Notes: generated from the sequence alone by a model not told the origin. A DNA stretch of 64,000 nt from Caecitellus pseudoparvulus (GCA_965644315.1 CBFFRQ010000069.1:868001-932000), one strand, 5' to 3'. Counted from the stretch's first letter, positions 12,001 through 20,900 are shown. A program made the numbers and translations.

Positions 12001-12891
12001 GCCGAAGACACTGTGCACTGCACGTTGTACGCTGACTTCAAGGATGGCGGTGGGTCCTTGGGACAGCACGAGCTGGTACTGGGGCACCTGCATTTCCGCA
12101 CTGACGAGCTCCCCGAGCCATCTGAAGATGTGCGTGTGGAGCGCATTTTCAACTTGAGACAGTACGACGGAAAGGTGAGCGGCCGTATCTCCCTGCTCAT
12201 GCGGCTGCAGCACCGAGGCGCTGCAGTGGATGACTGGGTGGAGCTGGGATTGGGCGTTACAGAGGACAGGGTGCCCACTGCCCCATCTCAGCCGCGCAAG
12301 GGGTTTTTGCGCAGCCCTGCAGGCGCAGGTCGACCTACACTGGAGCAAGGTGACGTTTCTTTGACAGCGTCCAGCCCCATTGCGACGAAGCAGGCTCGTG
12401 GGAGCGTGTTTGGGAACCAAAACCCGATTGTGTCTGCCCTAGCGAGCCGCAAAGCCATGCCCAGGAAGGCGGTTGTGCGCCAGGATGCACCCGCTGGGGA
12501 TTCCAAGTCTGGGCCAAGCCGAAGAGGCTCTTCCAGCAGCGATAGCGATGGACGTCGCTTGTCTGGCTCTGCGGCCGCAGCTGCCGCCGCAGGGATTCGC
12601 CTCGGGGCAACGCCACGCGCCAGTGGCTTGCCAGAGCTCCCTGAGCCTTCAGTCCACGTTTCGGGGGGCACTGGGGGAACCAGCAGTAGTGATCGTACAA
12701 GTGACAGTGACTCGAGTGGGGAAAGCAAGACCCGCGATGTACAGCCAGGTCGAGCGCCACCCCTCGCCCAAGTCCTCTCCCGGCCCAGTTTGGTGGCTGC
12801 GACGTCAAGTCGAAGGATCGGGGAGTTCGAAATCAGCAACCCCTTTGCGCCCAGCAGGTCTCGTGCGAGCGTGGGCAAAGAAGGGGAGTAG
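1..12891 (+). CDS. Giant cadherin-repeat membrane protein, 5'-truncated: >=15 cadherin repeats, ~9 IPT/TIG domains, Cys-rich region, ~9 TM helices, cytoplasmic C2-like domain (nonagonal-cadherin type)
   Basis: 4294-aa uninterrupted ORF, open from the window edge. Repeated LD[FY]E and D[VI]NE.P cadherin motifs to ~5380. GG..V.I.G.NFG IPT/TIG motifs ~5380-8560, Cys-rich 8590-9050, hydrophobic helices 9058-10880, beta-rich C2-like segment ~11820-12210. Confidence 0.88.
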   Translation, partial: DALVVVDEDVGDVLTWSVVSVSPVNGSALIRLNDSSTSVGGPAGTGRQLEVAVAEGLDYEAWPEYNVTVSVQDSAGNESVVVVRVSVVNIDEPPDVDVAATRFVGELSLVGQCIAPDLIAIDPDFPSSNVSYFLASSTPDSGTWTVLNVSSSPWTGCLQLQAPLDQETTSSFLLQISYCDKEGLAGSVCTQQSLTIVVGDEPEPPTDFLPSIPVDVFENATAGHLIAPVSAYDPEGADLTFLLAEPAVNLSLASIGGADGELRVATSLDFEQVSQYTLNVSVTDNQTLTSYFALVVNVLDVDEAPDPNPRPLFIDENSPIGSLIFEMTAFDPESDTLTWSLPPGATPDQSSVSIAPSSGTLTSAVVFNFEARSQYWLQINATDSALNTGGRLFSLSVNDVQEPPEAIDASVSLVENSAAGTLVHSLSFTDPEDGIANKVISIIQGDSDGLFQISNTGALELSRSGPNFEEDPVFNLTILVEDATGLNTTARVNVTVVDVNEAPLISAGQLFSVNETADMGFAFSAPVVGWDVDNDTGLVWTLTGGNVNNVFAIDSAGYLSVADNSTLDFETRPSYSLTVELSDGSLSDTKVVTVQVLDQNDIPVLSPVNFTIAENTAGGTLISTGGQPSLLPLVNYTSDEDSAPGFAQPFSFEVLAGDSRFEVSADGNVFVAASGGGPGNLDFETGSPMVLQVRARDAGGEASVVVPITFVLGDVNEHPSVLDQTVHILENATMAGPAAPALVFADEDAGDSHTCALVLPRSDVDPLDPGSFLFDVVGPPCTIRRAAQFGLNHEAQAGPYSLTLQVEDALGLQNSSVITVHVDDVPEPPRFIDRFGRWDPRFPDAAFSDWAAVHEVAPPGTAVYSLNAFDEDVGQNSSILYSFGSIVPPVGASYFDLDNTTGLVRTTLAGHFGLSFEDRIIYNLTVFASDGASPVPLVSSAIIHVSIEDSPEAPVVVNSTRYAYEHAPAGWQLSANSTPSSALLAGDAMDFIDSDFGATGVFQIVDGDPSGWLSTDGAFEEFLVAAAGELLDFETASSLTLTVQVEDNSGLIGYGTMQVLLVDIDDPAIITSLPSASVDENAPPQTSVYNATFSDVDGDFCMWSILAGAGPSGNPFFSIDEVTGQMSTTRPLNFELDPQQFNVTIQCNSSNSGGKPTPWGPALSSLVVVVDVADKNDPPVVTPFSATLAENSAAGTFVGLVPATDEDFATGQELTWSVSGGDPGSLSFFSINVTTGELRVSSNATQLPNDAWSLDFENQQDHWLFVSVQDNGADPAALVTTVRVNISLADENEPPLVDLSALFMSENAPVGSVFGYNSSGWQWWGREASALSSPFYTQDLLGLTTPQATAEAAAHAGNVPNGSSVGIFDADLGGSQAVSISAFLLRGTGMDYVPDSVYTTNSGWAVRRTTSLTEASAALAQGQCCGFGPLSRGYFPASTNTSLPNGKHKQSPIPPCQLHFDAVSRRFSLQNGTLDHESTPRLQILLKLEDDGSGFASPEVAYYLLDLHVLDANEPSTLQAFELGTTSMNENAALGSVVGDTFLQVVDQDDQVLLTSVLDNAGSNYFNATPAISFRDDNGTRLQAVLEVVQPALPSGTRLLTLQAVDLDDFRLSSKEATMVVRVADVNDLPQLPAATTMPMQVFENSPEGTIVATIEASDADLYQMLTYSVQGDMAPYFRMVPDPEVFLQRYPANVTGTSRLPTPRTVLDRYSASPYFGNITRRAHLVVARNSIDYESMLGNPTFGKFEVTVRVQDEHYVSGPNGFQEPTPSSPLPRSSEVTYTIVVRDVPDVPEIFNVSIVSPFGLTTAGGEEVTLTGYNLGSEFDPHPSIQRRLEAVYFSNATQASFPAVGCRVTKHDTEIKCSSSAGFGAGYSFQLALEGFTPLPGRLNQLSNWSNGTITYASPNLVEFSGVGSQEASSNGSQLVRIRGSQFGTVAAGALDSVTYGPTGREYNATDCAVVVDHSTIECLTAPGVGKDLRWVVVIAGLTSQTPTTSYAAPSISSVRIQRGDSSNSTGSRTSGGLDFLLLEGENFGALTEREPAVDLVQYGLLSAGDSQLSGRRLSSGWSDPQVPSDQDCSLPTPAVTGDSRLNPSLDVIFTATACRVVASHTLIRCTMAAGMGSNLHVQVTVRGQKSPVSPAPISYARPSISGIVSIGTGQPFASTDGSTEVVVSGQDFGRPNAKVVVFFGVVQLHRNGSVLTDPYKRGIVIPTGSHTARNFVAPPGHGRHVPISIQVQCQESEPVQTFSYRPPSVALLDHLSGGLANPPIRLAIDGTGFGECCFRQRILLQRLAAGGPLPTPAEEPLTQCQCNRSSVERVTVFQSGTNQPFDCDIESLTETRITCALSFSVLPGPDNTTIVNTVLDGLLQVHIGEQASQLAVYQYGDILDRPSIEDVTPETAPTTGGTLLSLTGFNFGNLRETINMVYWRPNSTQTQVVVQPVPQSSITFWSDTMVNFTVPAGQGNPAIEMAFSGTSTRVRIDRFSYAQPVVERVLNPSSFSDGFLHAHADNNPNVHPTSGVPVEAPLLVIQGRNFGQNLPLPTAAVVARGIVPSSDGATLLEGGLRAQPAPTGNGVPATLLGSRLENFVTVGSRQCPIVSWSSAEIRCRAPPGVGIDHVIAVHVYTRRFQTVQQDMWRRTEAPTRFSYHPPAISALVYVDADRGYPAGPESHGPTTGGALVELHGSSFGSSAQAGSNLELSVEGAAALGSEDIEVHTHSIVRFRTPPGQGSGLALSVRVAGQSVSAAVFNYDPPVVFEVSELTSVSRVPGQAVNPNASSTSTGQLRFNARGSTLVLRGLNFGAEQPLPSVQVGGFDCLYNSHTQSRVECQVSDVTVGPKSLRLEAARQVIFIPESNSGLFGECRSGEFGIIPGVDRCYTCPGCFEAACARLDPVQDPVSTCTGGTEPPVAAPGFWRLKRSELGENNPLAQQADLTDYEAQRREEFYADLQASLNGTSADGTSQTEFIFTRCMPPEGCVGNNTCADGYEAPACSICTPGSHQRDLITGGCTPCPDAPMLYMVAMLVGAIVVGAVLFKLYKKGPSVAALGIAVDYFQILSVFSTLSLEWPETIVFVFKIASASAASVEVTSPECAVEVSYNQKWYFFMGIPLVSIIVLGITHCLIVFKKWLKFRGKVVDNVNYTKHLPAMIGFLFMMLSFLYISLCSKAFEVLRCIEVGGLKVLQVDTEVSCTNVEYERMSWWARIAIGGYGAGIPLVFGIIIFKSAQKMKVDQALRIRNLAGSRDTNPYYDMQKRFKRLYFKFKPEYYYWLLVILARKFLIVLVSSLLFDKPMLAATSTVIVLFAAVLMQLIFMPYRQHTQQTKDEATASGALGDEIPKHILEKLRKELAGGAEAEGKPSPSKGNASQQPAGSTPKGIAVASLSPPSRRGSATSVLNPLSGGAPSPSSAARKRKPNSKAVVDVYKRGVELDGLLHDRSLLMANDPSLVLRQPTPGARASAGSTRSGLTKSTRVFTKVTNPVHSATSRSASVGKAKAGGSAGERQGRSAKGSNGCWGYLCCCCGKDAQPVEGLELREEARKGGKTKVKVKYLYDYNSLETTFLACGIFVLLSGVMFKSADATDEVKAGSAEAKILEYVVIVIVVGSTFICVATVLAELVLGFKYFMWAGEVRRQREREAKRQAILEGRKVQLSREQKALLVWSKFVYACPSRVRRGCACICNVPAPGIITGAAYKATIVKVAKGKTKETAAIHSRRKASSPGRKRALTLGRSVRGLSLGRRGTIDARGDETDSESDGERQKREEAEKLAANAQGILDSAKPQGKRVRGLGVVENATPRRFAHLKDQKTTSIHDSNVRREAILARLRAATKSKGRLPAGVVAPTAAASSMAGGQGTKAQKLMAAGTSSRAMAEESTDSVKAHMAAQRAAAQEAALANKFGVPVSTVSKAVNSATAAGILRTDGDDFLMSAAAKQKRVAVARYVLSVHLGRITNLQAEGIQEGQLLRMTLKTGHESEKTTFMYRPQREQRTREVRLLIFDPAEDTVHCTLYADFKDGGGSLGQHELVLGHLHFRTDELPEPSEDVRVERIFNLRQYDGKVSGRISLLMRLQHRGAAVDDWVELGLGVTEDRVPTAPSQPRKGFLRSPAGAGRPTLEQGDVSLTASSPIATKQARGSVFGNQNPIVSALASRKAMPRKAVVRQDAPAGDSKSGPSRRGSSSSDSDGRRLSGSAAAAAAAGIRLGATPRASGLPELPEPSVHVSGGTGGTSSSDRTSDSDSSGESKTRDVQPGRAPPLAQVLSRPSLVAATSSRRIGEFEISNPFAPSRSRASVGKEGE

Positions 12892-13076
12892 GCAGCTCAA
12901 CTATCGTGCGCCAGGGCGGGAGTGAAACATGGCCAAGCGCCACGGTTCTGGGAACTCCCTGGCGCTGAACAATAAGTGATGTGTTCGCGTGCATGTGACG
13001 AGCGCGTGATTGTGAATTCAGTGAGAATGCATTCCTTAGGAAGTGCAAGGCGGCGCGCTTTGCACCAGACGCCTTT

Positions 13077-16000
13077 TTACTTGGAGCTTTCAGCTTGTTG
13101 GTGCAAGACGGTCAGTCGCTCCACCATGCGCTGGACCTGCCGAACAACCGGCGCAGAAGCCTTTGCTTCGCTTCGAAGGGGCCCTGCCCAATCCGAAAAC
13201 ACCTTGATCAGGCGTTGGATGTGCTTTTGCTTCGGTGGTCTCACAGAGATGTGTGCGGAGCGAGCAGCTGGATCGACCTGAGTCGCGTCCTCACGCTGCC
13301 ATAGGTGCTGCGACAACTCGTACACCATGGAAATGAGCGTTGACACCCTGGAGTAGAACGATCCATACAGGCCACTTGGCATCTGCAGTGCATGAGAGGG
13401 CTTTGCGGGAGCCCGCACAGCAATCAGAGCGGCAATGGTGCGGATCGATGAGGCATTCACCTTCCGGGGCATATGCAGCACTACTGGTGTCGGCATGAAC
13501 GCGCTGGAGAGCAGTGGTCCCACAGGAAGGACTTGCTTTGCTGCCCACTCTGTTGCAGCTTGAAGAGCCGCTTCAAATTCTTGCGTCCCAAGGCTGGGTG
13601 CCGGTAAAGGAGCGCTTGAGGCATCACATCCGTCCTTGCCGACAGCACTGCCCGAGCGGTTGGCAGTCACTGAAGCAAAGCCAATGAGTGTGCGTTGGCC
13701 AGCCTTGCCTGCAGCGCTCTGGGCATCTGCCAGCTGTTTAGATTTCTCCAAAAGCCTTTTTGTTGCTCCTCGCTCGCGTTGCAGTGCTGCCTCTTGAGCC
13801 TTTCTGCTGGGGTTGCTGTCACCGCCAGTGAGGAGCGAGATGCATCCTGCCACGAGCAGGCGTCGCCGAAGGACATCTACCGCCTCAATGGAAAATCCAC
13901 CACTCGATATGACAGAGAACATTTGCAGAAGGCTGTGGTGCCCGGGGTGACTTTGAGCTGTGTCGGGCGTGTTGAATGCGGCACGTTCAAGCACCGAGCT
14001 GGCGTACTCCAGTGGAATCTCTTCGTGACGGGGCGAAGCCAGCAACTCAGTGACTTCAGACGGTGCAAGCCCCCTCAGGGCAACCTTTCTTGCTCCTTCG
14101 TCTGGAGGACGTTGCTCAGGCAAATGGCCGAGGCACTCTTCCTTGAGGTATGCCGCAGGGACTGTATGGGGGGGCATGAAGTCTCCGCAAGGAAGCATGG
14201 TGGGCCGGACCAGGTCTTCGAGGGGGTTCAGGTCCCATCGTTGCATCGATCGCAGTGGGCTGACTTTGAACACCATGCTGTGCAAAGTGAAGGATTCGAC
14301 CGCCGAGTCCGTGTCGCGGGTGTACTGCCCAGGAGGCCTGCATCCAAGCACTTTGTGGGTTTCCCAGTGGCCCTTGGCTGGCATCCACACGTCCACCAGC
14401 TGACCAATCATGTTCGTCGCTTGCTTTAGCATGTACTGTGAAAAGCCTTGTAGCGTCATGCCTTGCACATCCGCGGGGTGTGCGGTGGCGAACAACGCTG
14501 GGCGGGCTGCTTCTGCTGCGCTGATGGCAAGGTGCGCCCTCACACACTGCACAGACAAGCCTGCAAAGTTCACGGCAGCTTGGCAGACGCCATGCACCCA
14601 TCCCTGCTCGGAGGGCCCAGAGTCGTCGCACAAATCGCAAGCGAGGCTGGAGATCTTCATATCTGCCGTTTGGGAAGCATGCAGGGTCAGCAGGTGGCGC
14701 CTGACCGCGTCCTGCTCCTCATGGGACATGTGTGTCGGCAAAAGCGGGCGTAGAAGGGCAAATGCCATAGAGACGGACTTATCTGCTTCCTGCTGGGATA
14801 GCTCTGCGCGGCTAAAGAGTGAGCCAGGGGTGTCTGACCGTGGAGGTGCAGGCACCGAGCCGAGGGAGGCATCGAACCCATGCCACACATCACACCCTGG
14901 CAGGACTCCTTGCTCTTGGAGAAAGAGCTGCTCGTCGCAAGTGATACAAAGAACCGATATGAGCGTTGACAGGGGATTTGCCGGCCCCGCAAAGGCTGTG
15001 AGACTTTCGCTAGCAAACGCTTCCAGAGCGCCGGAACTGGCTCCATCCGGAGCAGCTGCCTGTGCCGCGAAGGGAAGAAAAGCAGGCAGATCTACCCCGG
15101 AGAAGGCTTCGTCACAAGAGAGTCGCAGCAGCATCGCGAGGCATCTTTGGGCTTCGGGCACTGAAACACGCAAGGGCGCGACACTCAACACGGTGGCCAA
15201 GCAGTGCAGGCCTGCACCCACGCAGGCAGAGCGATGTGGCTTCAGGTGTCCTGATTTGGGATGAACATACCCAGCGGGGTGAAGTGTGGCCGATGAAGCA
15301 CTGTCGGTCAGTAGGATATGCTCCCCAGGTGCAGGAATCCCCTGCACCCCTGCAGCTTCGAGCACAGCGTCGCACGGAGAAAGCCAACGCCGCCGCCCCC
15401 CCCACGCTGCAACCATGCTCTCCAGGTCCTCCAAGCCTGGAACCCATGCAAGCTGGTCGCTTGCTAAGGCTGCCGAAAGCTGAGTCTGCTGAGCAGCCTG
15501 AGAACGGTGTGCAGGCGAAGTCCCCGTAGCATCCTCGCTGTCAGCGGGCGCCAGGGAAGTCAGCAGCTTCATCTCATGTCGCAAGAGTGCATGGGATGCA
15601 AGCCACGCAGGGTCTTGTGTTTCATGAGTTCCTTGACTTGCCATGACCAAGGCAATAATGGAATTCCAAGCAGCCACCGCGCACGGTGAGGCGGCTGGGT
15701 CAAACACTGCCGTGTGCCATAGCCATTTGAGCAGCTCCGCTGGGACTTGGGGCAGCTGGACATCGTCTTGGCAGCTACACACCTGCTGGAGTACGAGACA
15801 AACAACAGCCTTATCTTCAGAGGTCTCCACAGCATTCAGGCTGCGCGCAAGGGACTGCAGCGTTGGCGTTTCAGCGGCGTTTTGAATGCCCTCGCTAACT
15901 GTGCCCTGATCAGCTTGATGCAGAGGAAAAGATGGCAAGCAGATGGGATGAACGAAGAATTCTTCTGCAGCTTCTGGTACTTGTCGCTGGCTTTCAAGCT

Positions 16001-16164
16001 GCGAAGAATGGAGTGCGGTGTGCCAGCAAGCGCATGAAAGGAGCAGCCCACCTGTGGCATCCCACCTGAAGCCTCCCGGTACTGGAGCGCGCCCCAGCAA
16101 CACGCTGAGGCGGGGGACTCAAAGCGTGACCATTCTGCGTCTCTTGCTTTCGCCGCCGCTTCAT
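13077..16164 (-). CDS. Uncharacterised ~1000-aa, probably nuclear protein (weak resemblance to the SLF2/Nse6 C-terminus)
   Basis: Long ORF 13077-16103. Likely start at ATG 16164 (MKRRRKQ, NLS-like), joined by a phase-0 GTGGGA...TTCGCAG intron to LESQRQ. PIP-like QRTLIGF motif present. Confidence 0.7.
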
Positions 16165-16400
16165 CGTTGTGCTGCGGGATGGTGACCGCTTGGTCGAGAC
16201 GGGATCTGCTCACGTGCCCACCGCCACCTGCCTCAAACACAATCGAAACTCAGGGCAAACAAAAGATACACGCGGCACACAACGCGGAGGTAGCGAGCGC
16301 CAAAGGGCTGGTATTCTCAGCCTTGGCGCTGCAGCAGGAGTGGTACTTGGTTTTTTGCTAGGTGGCTTGAGAGACGCGAGGGTACCGAAATACAATCAGC

Positions 16401-16745
16401 ATGCAGGCGGCTCCTCAGAGGAACACCACAGTGATGTGGTGGGTAATGGTCGCCATGGTAGCTGGCCTATTCTACAACTCACACTTGAACGTTGATCAGT
16501 TCAGCACAGAGCACAGGTGAGGCCACGGACAGCATGACCTGCCGTGTCTAATTGCGTTTCATCGGCGTTTTCTTTGCCCATCGTTCAGGATGCACCTCGT
16601 GCCATTGAAAGAAAGGGTGGACAAGAAACAACTCAAGTGGATGCTTGATGCATCATCACACTCTGAAGATGGATCCAAGGCTCGAGCACACCACGCTCAA
16701 GCTGCAGTCGAGACTCAGGCTCCAGAAGCGCAGAGTGAGCGATGA
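16401..16745 (+). CDS. Spliced 90-aa single-TM microprotein (possibly PET117-like)
   Basis: cagcATG at 16401. Exon 1 16401-16516; intron 16517-16588 (GTGAGG...CTAAT...pyrimidine tract...CAG); exon 2 16589-16745 stays in frame. Product MQAAPQRNTTVMWWVMVAMVAGLFYNSHLNVDQFSTEHRMHLVPLKERVDKK... Confidence 0.6.
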
Positions 16746-16996
16746 GATCAATGGCAAAGCAACCCGCGACAATGGTGCTGGTAAAATCGACTCAAGCAAG
16801 TGCATTGAGTCGCAGGGGTTCCAAGTGCATGTGGCAAGCCCCAGGGAGGAGACCAGTTGCGCTTGGGTGGTGCTAGGCTTCACCGAGTAGAAACTCTGAG
16901 CCGTTGGCGAACATACCCTCAGCTGCACTTGGCACTGGCAGGGGCTGCACTTTCCTGATCAATGAGCTGAGAAAGTGGGAAATGCAGCTGCAGAGA

Positions 16997-17461
16997 TCAC
17001 AAGCGCGGCTCGTAGCCTGCCAAGCGGGCATCGTCGTCACTGCTGTGCTTGGCCCACAGTTGGGAGGGGATGAGGTGGGGGGGGGCTTGAGGGCGCCTCT
17101 GCGAAAGTACAGGCGTGCCCTTGTAAGTCTTACACGCAAGGCGACGGCCGGGCCACGCGGGGAGGGTTGCGCGAAGGCATCTCTGCCACCTCAGCGTGCC
17201 AGTGCTCACCTCTCGCTCGGAAGAGATCTTGAAGAGGGCGAAGAGTGTCAAGCCGTAGCCAGCAAGCACGAGTGGCCAGGCGACATCATGCGTCGCAGGA
17301 TTATCGTGCCACCAACCGCCCACGGGAGTCCACACATACCGTGGGTGAAAGAACCTGGCAGGTGAGGCAGCGGAAACGTGCAGGCCGACTTGCAAGGCGG
17401 GGCAGTCAGGGCTGGGGACGCACCGCCGACCACCACCGAGCACAACTTGAGATGCCTTCAT
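16997..17461 (-). CDS. NUUM: Mitochondrial complex I accessory subunit, NUUM-like
   Basis: Exons 17461-17424, 17354-17210 and 17098-16997 give ...GGGRRFFHPRYVWTPVGGWW...TM...ISSERERRPQAPPHLIPSQLWAKH. This matches the VWS/TP.GGW and PSQ.W signatures of the fungal/plant NUUM family. Confidence 0.75.
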   Translation of the reverse strand: MKASQVVLGGGRRCVPSPDCPALQVGLHVSAASPARFFHPRYVWTPVGGWWHDNPATHDVAWPLVLAGYGLTLFALFKISSEREVSTGTLRWQRCLRATLPAWPGRRLACKTYKGTPVLSQRRPQAPPHLIPSQLWAKHSSDDDARLAGYEPRL

Positions 17462-17541
17462 GATGAAGTGGGTGAATCTCCCTGACGGCACGCGAAGCAG
17501 GGGTCAGGGTAGTGGCAAGCCAGTGCTGAAGGGTAGACAGC

Positions 17542-17551
17542 GCGGAAATTG
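17542..17551 (-). promoter_or_regulatory. Candidate core promoter element CAATTTCCGC upstream of the NUUM gene
   Basis: Exact 10-mer in sense orientation ~80 nt upstream of the ATG; it recurs upstream of HRQ1 and SIR2. Confidence 0.4.
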
Positions 17552-17920
17552 GACTGCTGTGCTGCTCAGCAAGCGGGCTCTGCATGGCAAGAGGGGCGCA
17601 GTGCGAGGAAGTTGAAGTGGATTTAGATTGCGCAGCACCATTGGAAGTACCCCTCGCGTGCACCCTTCTTTGTAGACTCCCCCCCAGGAGGAACTGAGCA
17701 AAGTCACTCGCAGCAGCAAAGACTGTCGGGCGGCGTTGGACATATTCCTGCCACGCGAACTGTTCAGCAGAGGCACTGCCCCTTTGGGATGTGCATTCCC
17801 AGCAAAAACTCAAAACGGATCCAGTTTCTTGTAGCTGCTCAGGCATCGGCAAGGCTGGCTGTGGATTGCCAGTCGCTTGGGAAGCCTGGAGGCAGAGGGC
17901 ACGCTGCAGTGAAGATCGAG

Positions 17921-20900
17921 ATGGAGGCGGCACAGCAGCCACTGTATGCAACAGGGCCCCGAGTCCTGAAGCCCATAGAAACTTGGACTTTAGATCGAGA
18001 AGATGCTGTCCCCCAGCATCCTCGCATTCCGCAGATGCCGCCAAAGATCGCTGAGCTGCGTGCGTCGCTGCGACTCTCGCCGCGTGCTACCTTTCAGGCG
18101 CTGCTGCGTGTGTTACACCCAGAGCACGCTTATTCCCTGCGGCGTCGCCACAGGAAGTAGAGTGCGGAATGCAAGGGCACGGACTATGGAGCCCACGGAG
18201 TCCTTCAGGCGGAAAGCGCTGTCTGAAGAGCAGAAACGCGCTCTTCTTCGAGCAGACGCCAGAGGTGCCTCTGCCGGTCTTGCAGCCTTCCTTCCTGCTC
18301 CTAGGGCTCGCAGCGGTGAATCTGATTTGAAGAGCACCCGACCCGCGTCACACGCAGGCGGGAAGCACCTCCCTCGGCTATCTAGCGGCAGCGCGAGCGC
18401 CAGGGGCCAGGTGCTGGCGCATGGACCCCAGCCTGGAATGAGAAGTGCACGTCAACCATCGCGTTCAGAAAACCAGCGACTGCGAGCGTCAGCACCTCTT
18501 CCTCAGCTTGCACATCAAGGAGGCAAGGCTTCCATGCCAGGGCTGGATTTGGAGTCGCTTTCCTCCGGTGACAGGAGAGTCGTCTCAACGTGGGCGGTTG
18601 GTGGCGGCGCCACTGGGACCCTCTCCCCACTCGCAAGCTCACCGCGTGCGGGGCGCAGCACGTCGCGCATCATTGGGCAGCATGGGCGCTGGTACTTGCC
18701 CGCCTCGGCAGGTGAAGCTGAGTGGGTGGGGCAGCTAGTCGGTTGCGCCGACGTGGGCGGGGAGGACGCCAGCCACACCAAGCCAGGGGGCATCGCGAGG
18801 GGCCTGGTGGGAGTGCCGAGAGACATGCGGGCTCAGCGGGTCGTCTTCCACGTCGGGTCGGCCACTGGCATTGACCCCTCACGGCAGAATGAGAAGCTCG
18901 TCTTTCCCAAGCGCAGACACTGGCGCAAACTCAGCTCCAAAGCCTCCCCCAGAGTGCCCATGACTGGGGACCTGCTCCTTGCTGTGCAGGGGAGTGAAAA
19001 CCTGGGAAACCTTCTGCGGAAAGTGTCACGGCCGACCCTGCACGTCACCCTGCGTCTGGGCAAGGTTACCATCTTTCAAGCTGACTTGCCCGGGGCTCCA
19101 ACACCACCTTGGGAGTTCCCCGTGTGCCTGCCTCTTGATCGCCTGGGCGAGAAGGCTCTCTTTGAACCGCTGTGTCTGGAGCTTCGGAAACGTGTGGGCG
19201 GAACAGTGCTTGGGACTGTGCAAGTGCCCATTAAGCCAGCGCTGCACTGCGGTTTTGAGGCAGTTTGCGATCACAATAGGGACCCCGACTCTGGGTTTTC
19301 GCTGCCTGTCGCTGCAGCAGAGGCGTCAAGTTACGCTGATGAGGATGCGTTGTCGCGTCAAGGTGGGGCTGTGGAGTCCAAAGTGTCCCAGTCTGACGGG
19401 GAAGGGAAGGCTGCTGCCGACCCGCAAGAAGCCAGAGACGCGCCTTCCGGCGACGAAGAACGCGTCTTGGGTGAATCCCTCCCCCCAGCGAGCGGTCGCT
19501 ATGATCCATACTTCGATTTGCACCTTCCAGATGCGGTGGATGTGCTGGGAGGGCCGCAGTGGGTGTTGGTCAAGGATGTGTTTGGCCGTGCAGCGAAGGA
19601 GACGCGGCCGGATCAAGTGCGTCAGCTGGCAAAGCTGAAACTGGCCCTTGCATGGCGCCCTCCTATGCACCACGATGAATTGAATGCGCTGGTCAAGGCC
19701 CAGCTGTCTCAAGATGACATGGCTGGAGGAATTCCCGGCTGGGACTTGGCTGCCCAGGGGCATCAGCCGCAGCCGTCCACCTCCGCAAGGCGAGCATCCC
19801 GTGGCCAAGGAAGGCGCCAGCTACCGGGCGGAAGGAGAATAGTCAAGCATGTTGTTTTGTCTCCGTACGGAACGTTCGCGTTTGATGACTCCCGCCAAGT
19901 GGAGGAGATGAAGGCAGTCAGGGCAGCAAGAGCCCGAGCTGCGGCGTTGCGTAGGGCCGCCATCCACCGCCACGCTGCGATAACCATCCAGGCGACCTGG
20001 AGGGGGCATCTAGGCCGCCTGGAGGCCACCCATCGCGCCGCCAGAGTGGTCAGTGCTGCTATTCGCATCCAGGCCTTGCTTCGACAGAAGCTGGCGCAAG
20101 CCCAGGTTGCAGGGCTGAAGCGACAAGCCGCTGTGGAGACTGTCCTGGCCATGGCGCAGGATGCTGTGGCCCAAGCAAGGGTGTCACTCGCTGCTGCAGA
20201 GGCCCGCAGGGAGCGATACCTTGCCAGGGCTGCTGAGCGGGGGGTGCCCCCATCGCTAAAAGCCAGCACGTTGACACTGCCCTTGCCAGGCGGGCAGGAT
20301 GCCATCCACCTGCCCGCGACGCCCAAGCAAATGCTGGGCTCGGCCAAGGTGTTCTCCGATCAGCTCTCCCCTGAAGCCCTCGCCCACTGTTTTGGTGAGG
20401 GGGCACTTGACGCAGAGCGGGCGCTAGTGGCTTGTGCCTTGGCAGCGCTCTGGGGTGTGGGCAAGCCAACCCCTGAGGTTGGTGTTCGCATCATGGCTTC
20501 TTCAACATTCTTGCCAAGCCTCTTCAGTGTGCATCCCAGCGACTTGCCACCAGCCCGACGACAAGCAGCCGCAATTATTTTGAGCCGGCACCCGCGATGC
20601 GCCGACGCGCAGGCTGGTCTCATGATGCGGAAGAAGTCCGAAGATGCCGTGCTGCACATGCGGCGGGTGCTCCGAGATGTTCAGTCGGAAATAACTCCGA
20701 GTGTGCTGGGCCACCGGCATTCGTTCACCCTTGCCCCCCCCCAGCGGCTGCACAGCCCGCGAACTTCTTCGCGCCTTTGCGATGCTGTTGACGAGACCAG
20801 CGCTGATGCAGACGCTGCTCCAAGGATGCAACCTACCCTCTCAAGCATGGGTCATGGGCCAGGAAAGTCGCCTATGCCCGACGACGGTTCAGTTGCAGGC

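Noticed and set aside
13068-13085. GCCTTTTTAC resembling U5 snRNA loop 1
   Set aside because: It has an extra T, no flanking stem or Sm site, and overlaps a stop codon.
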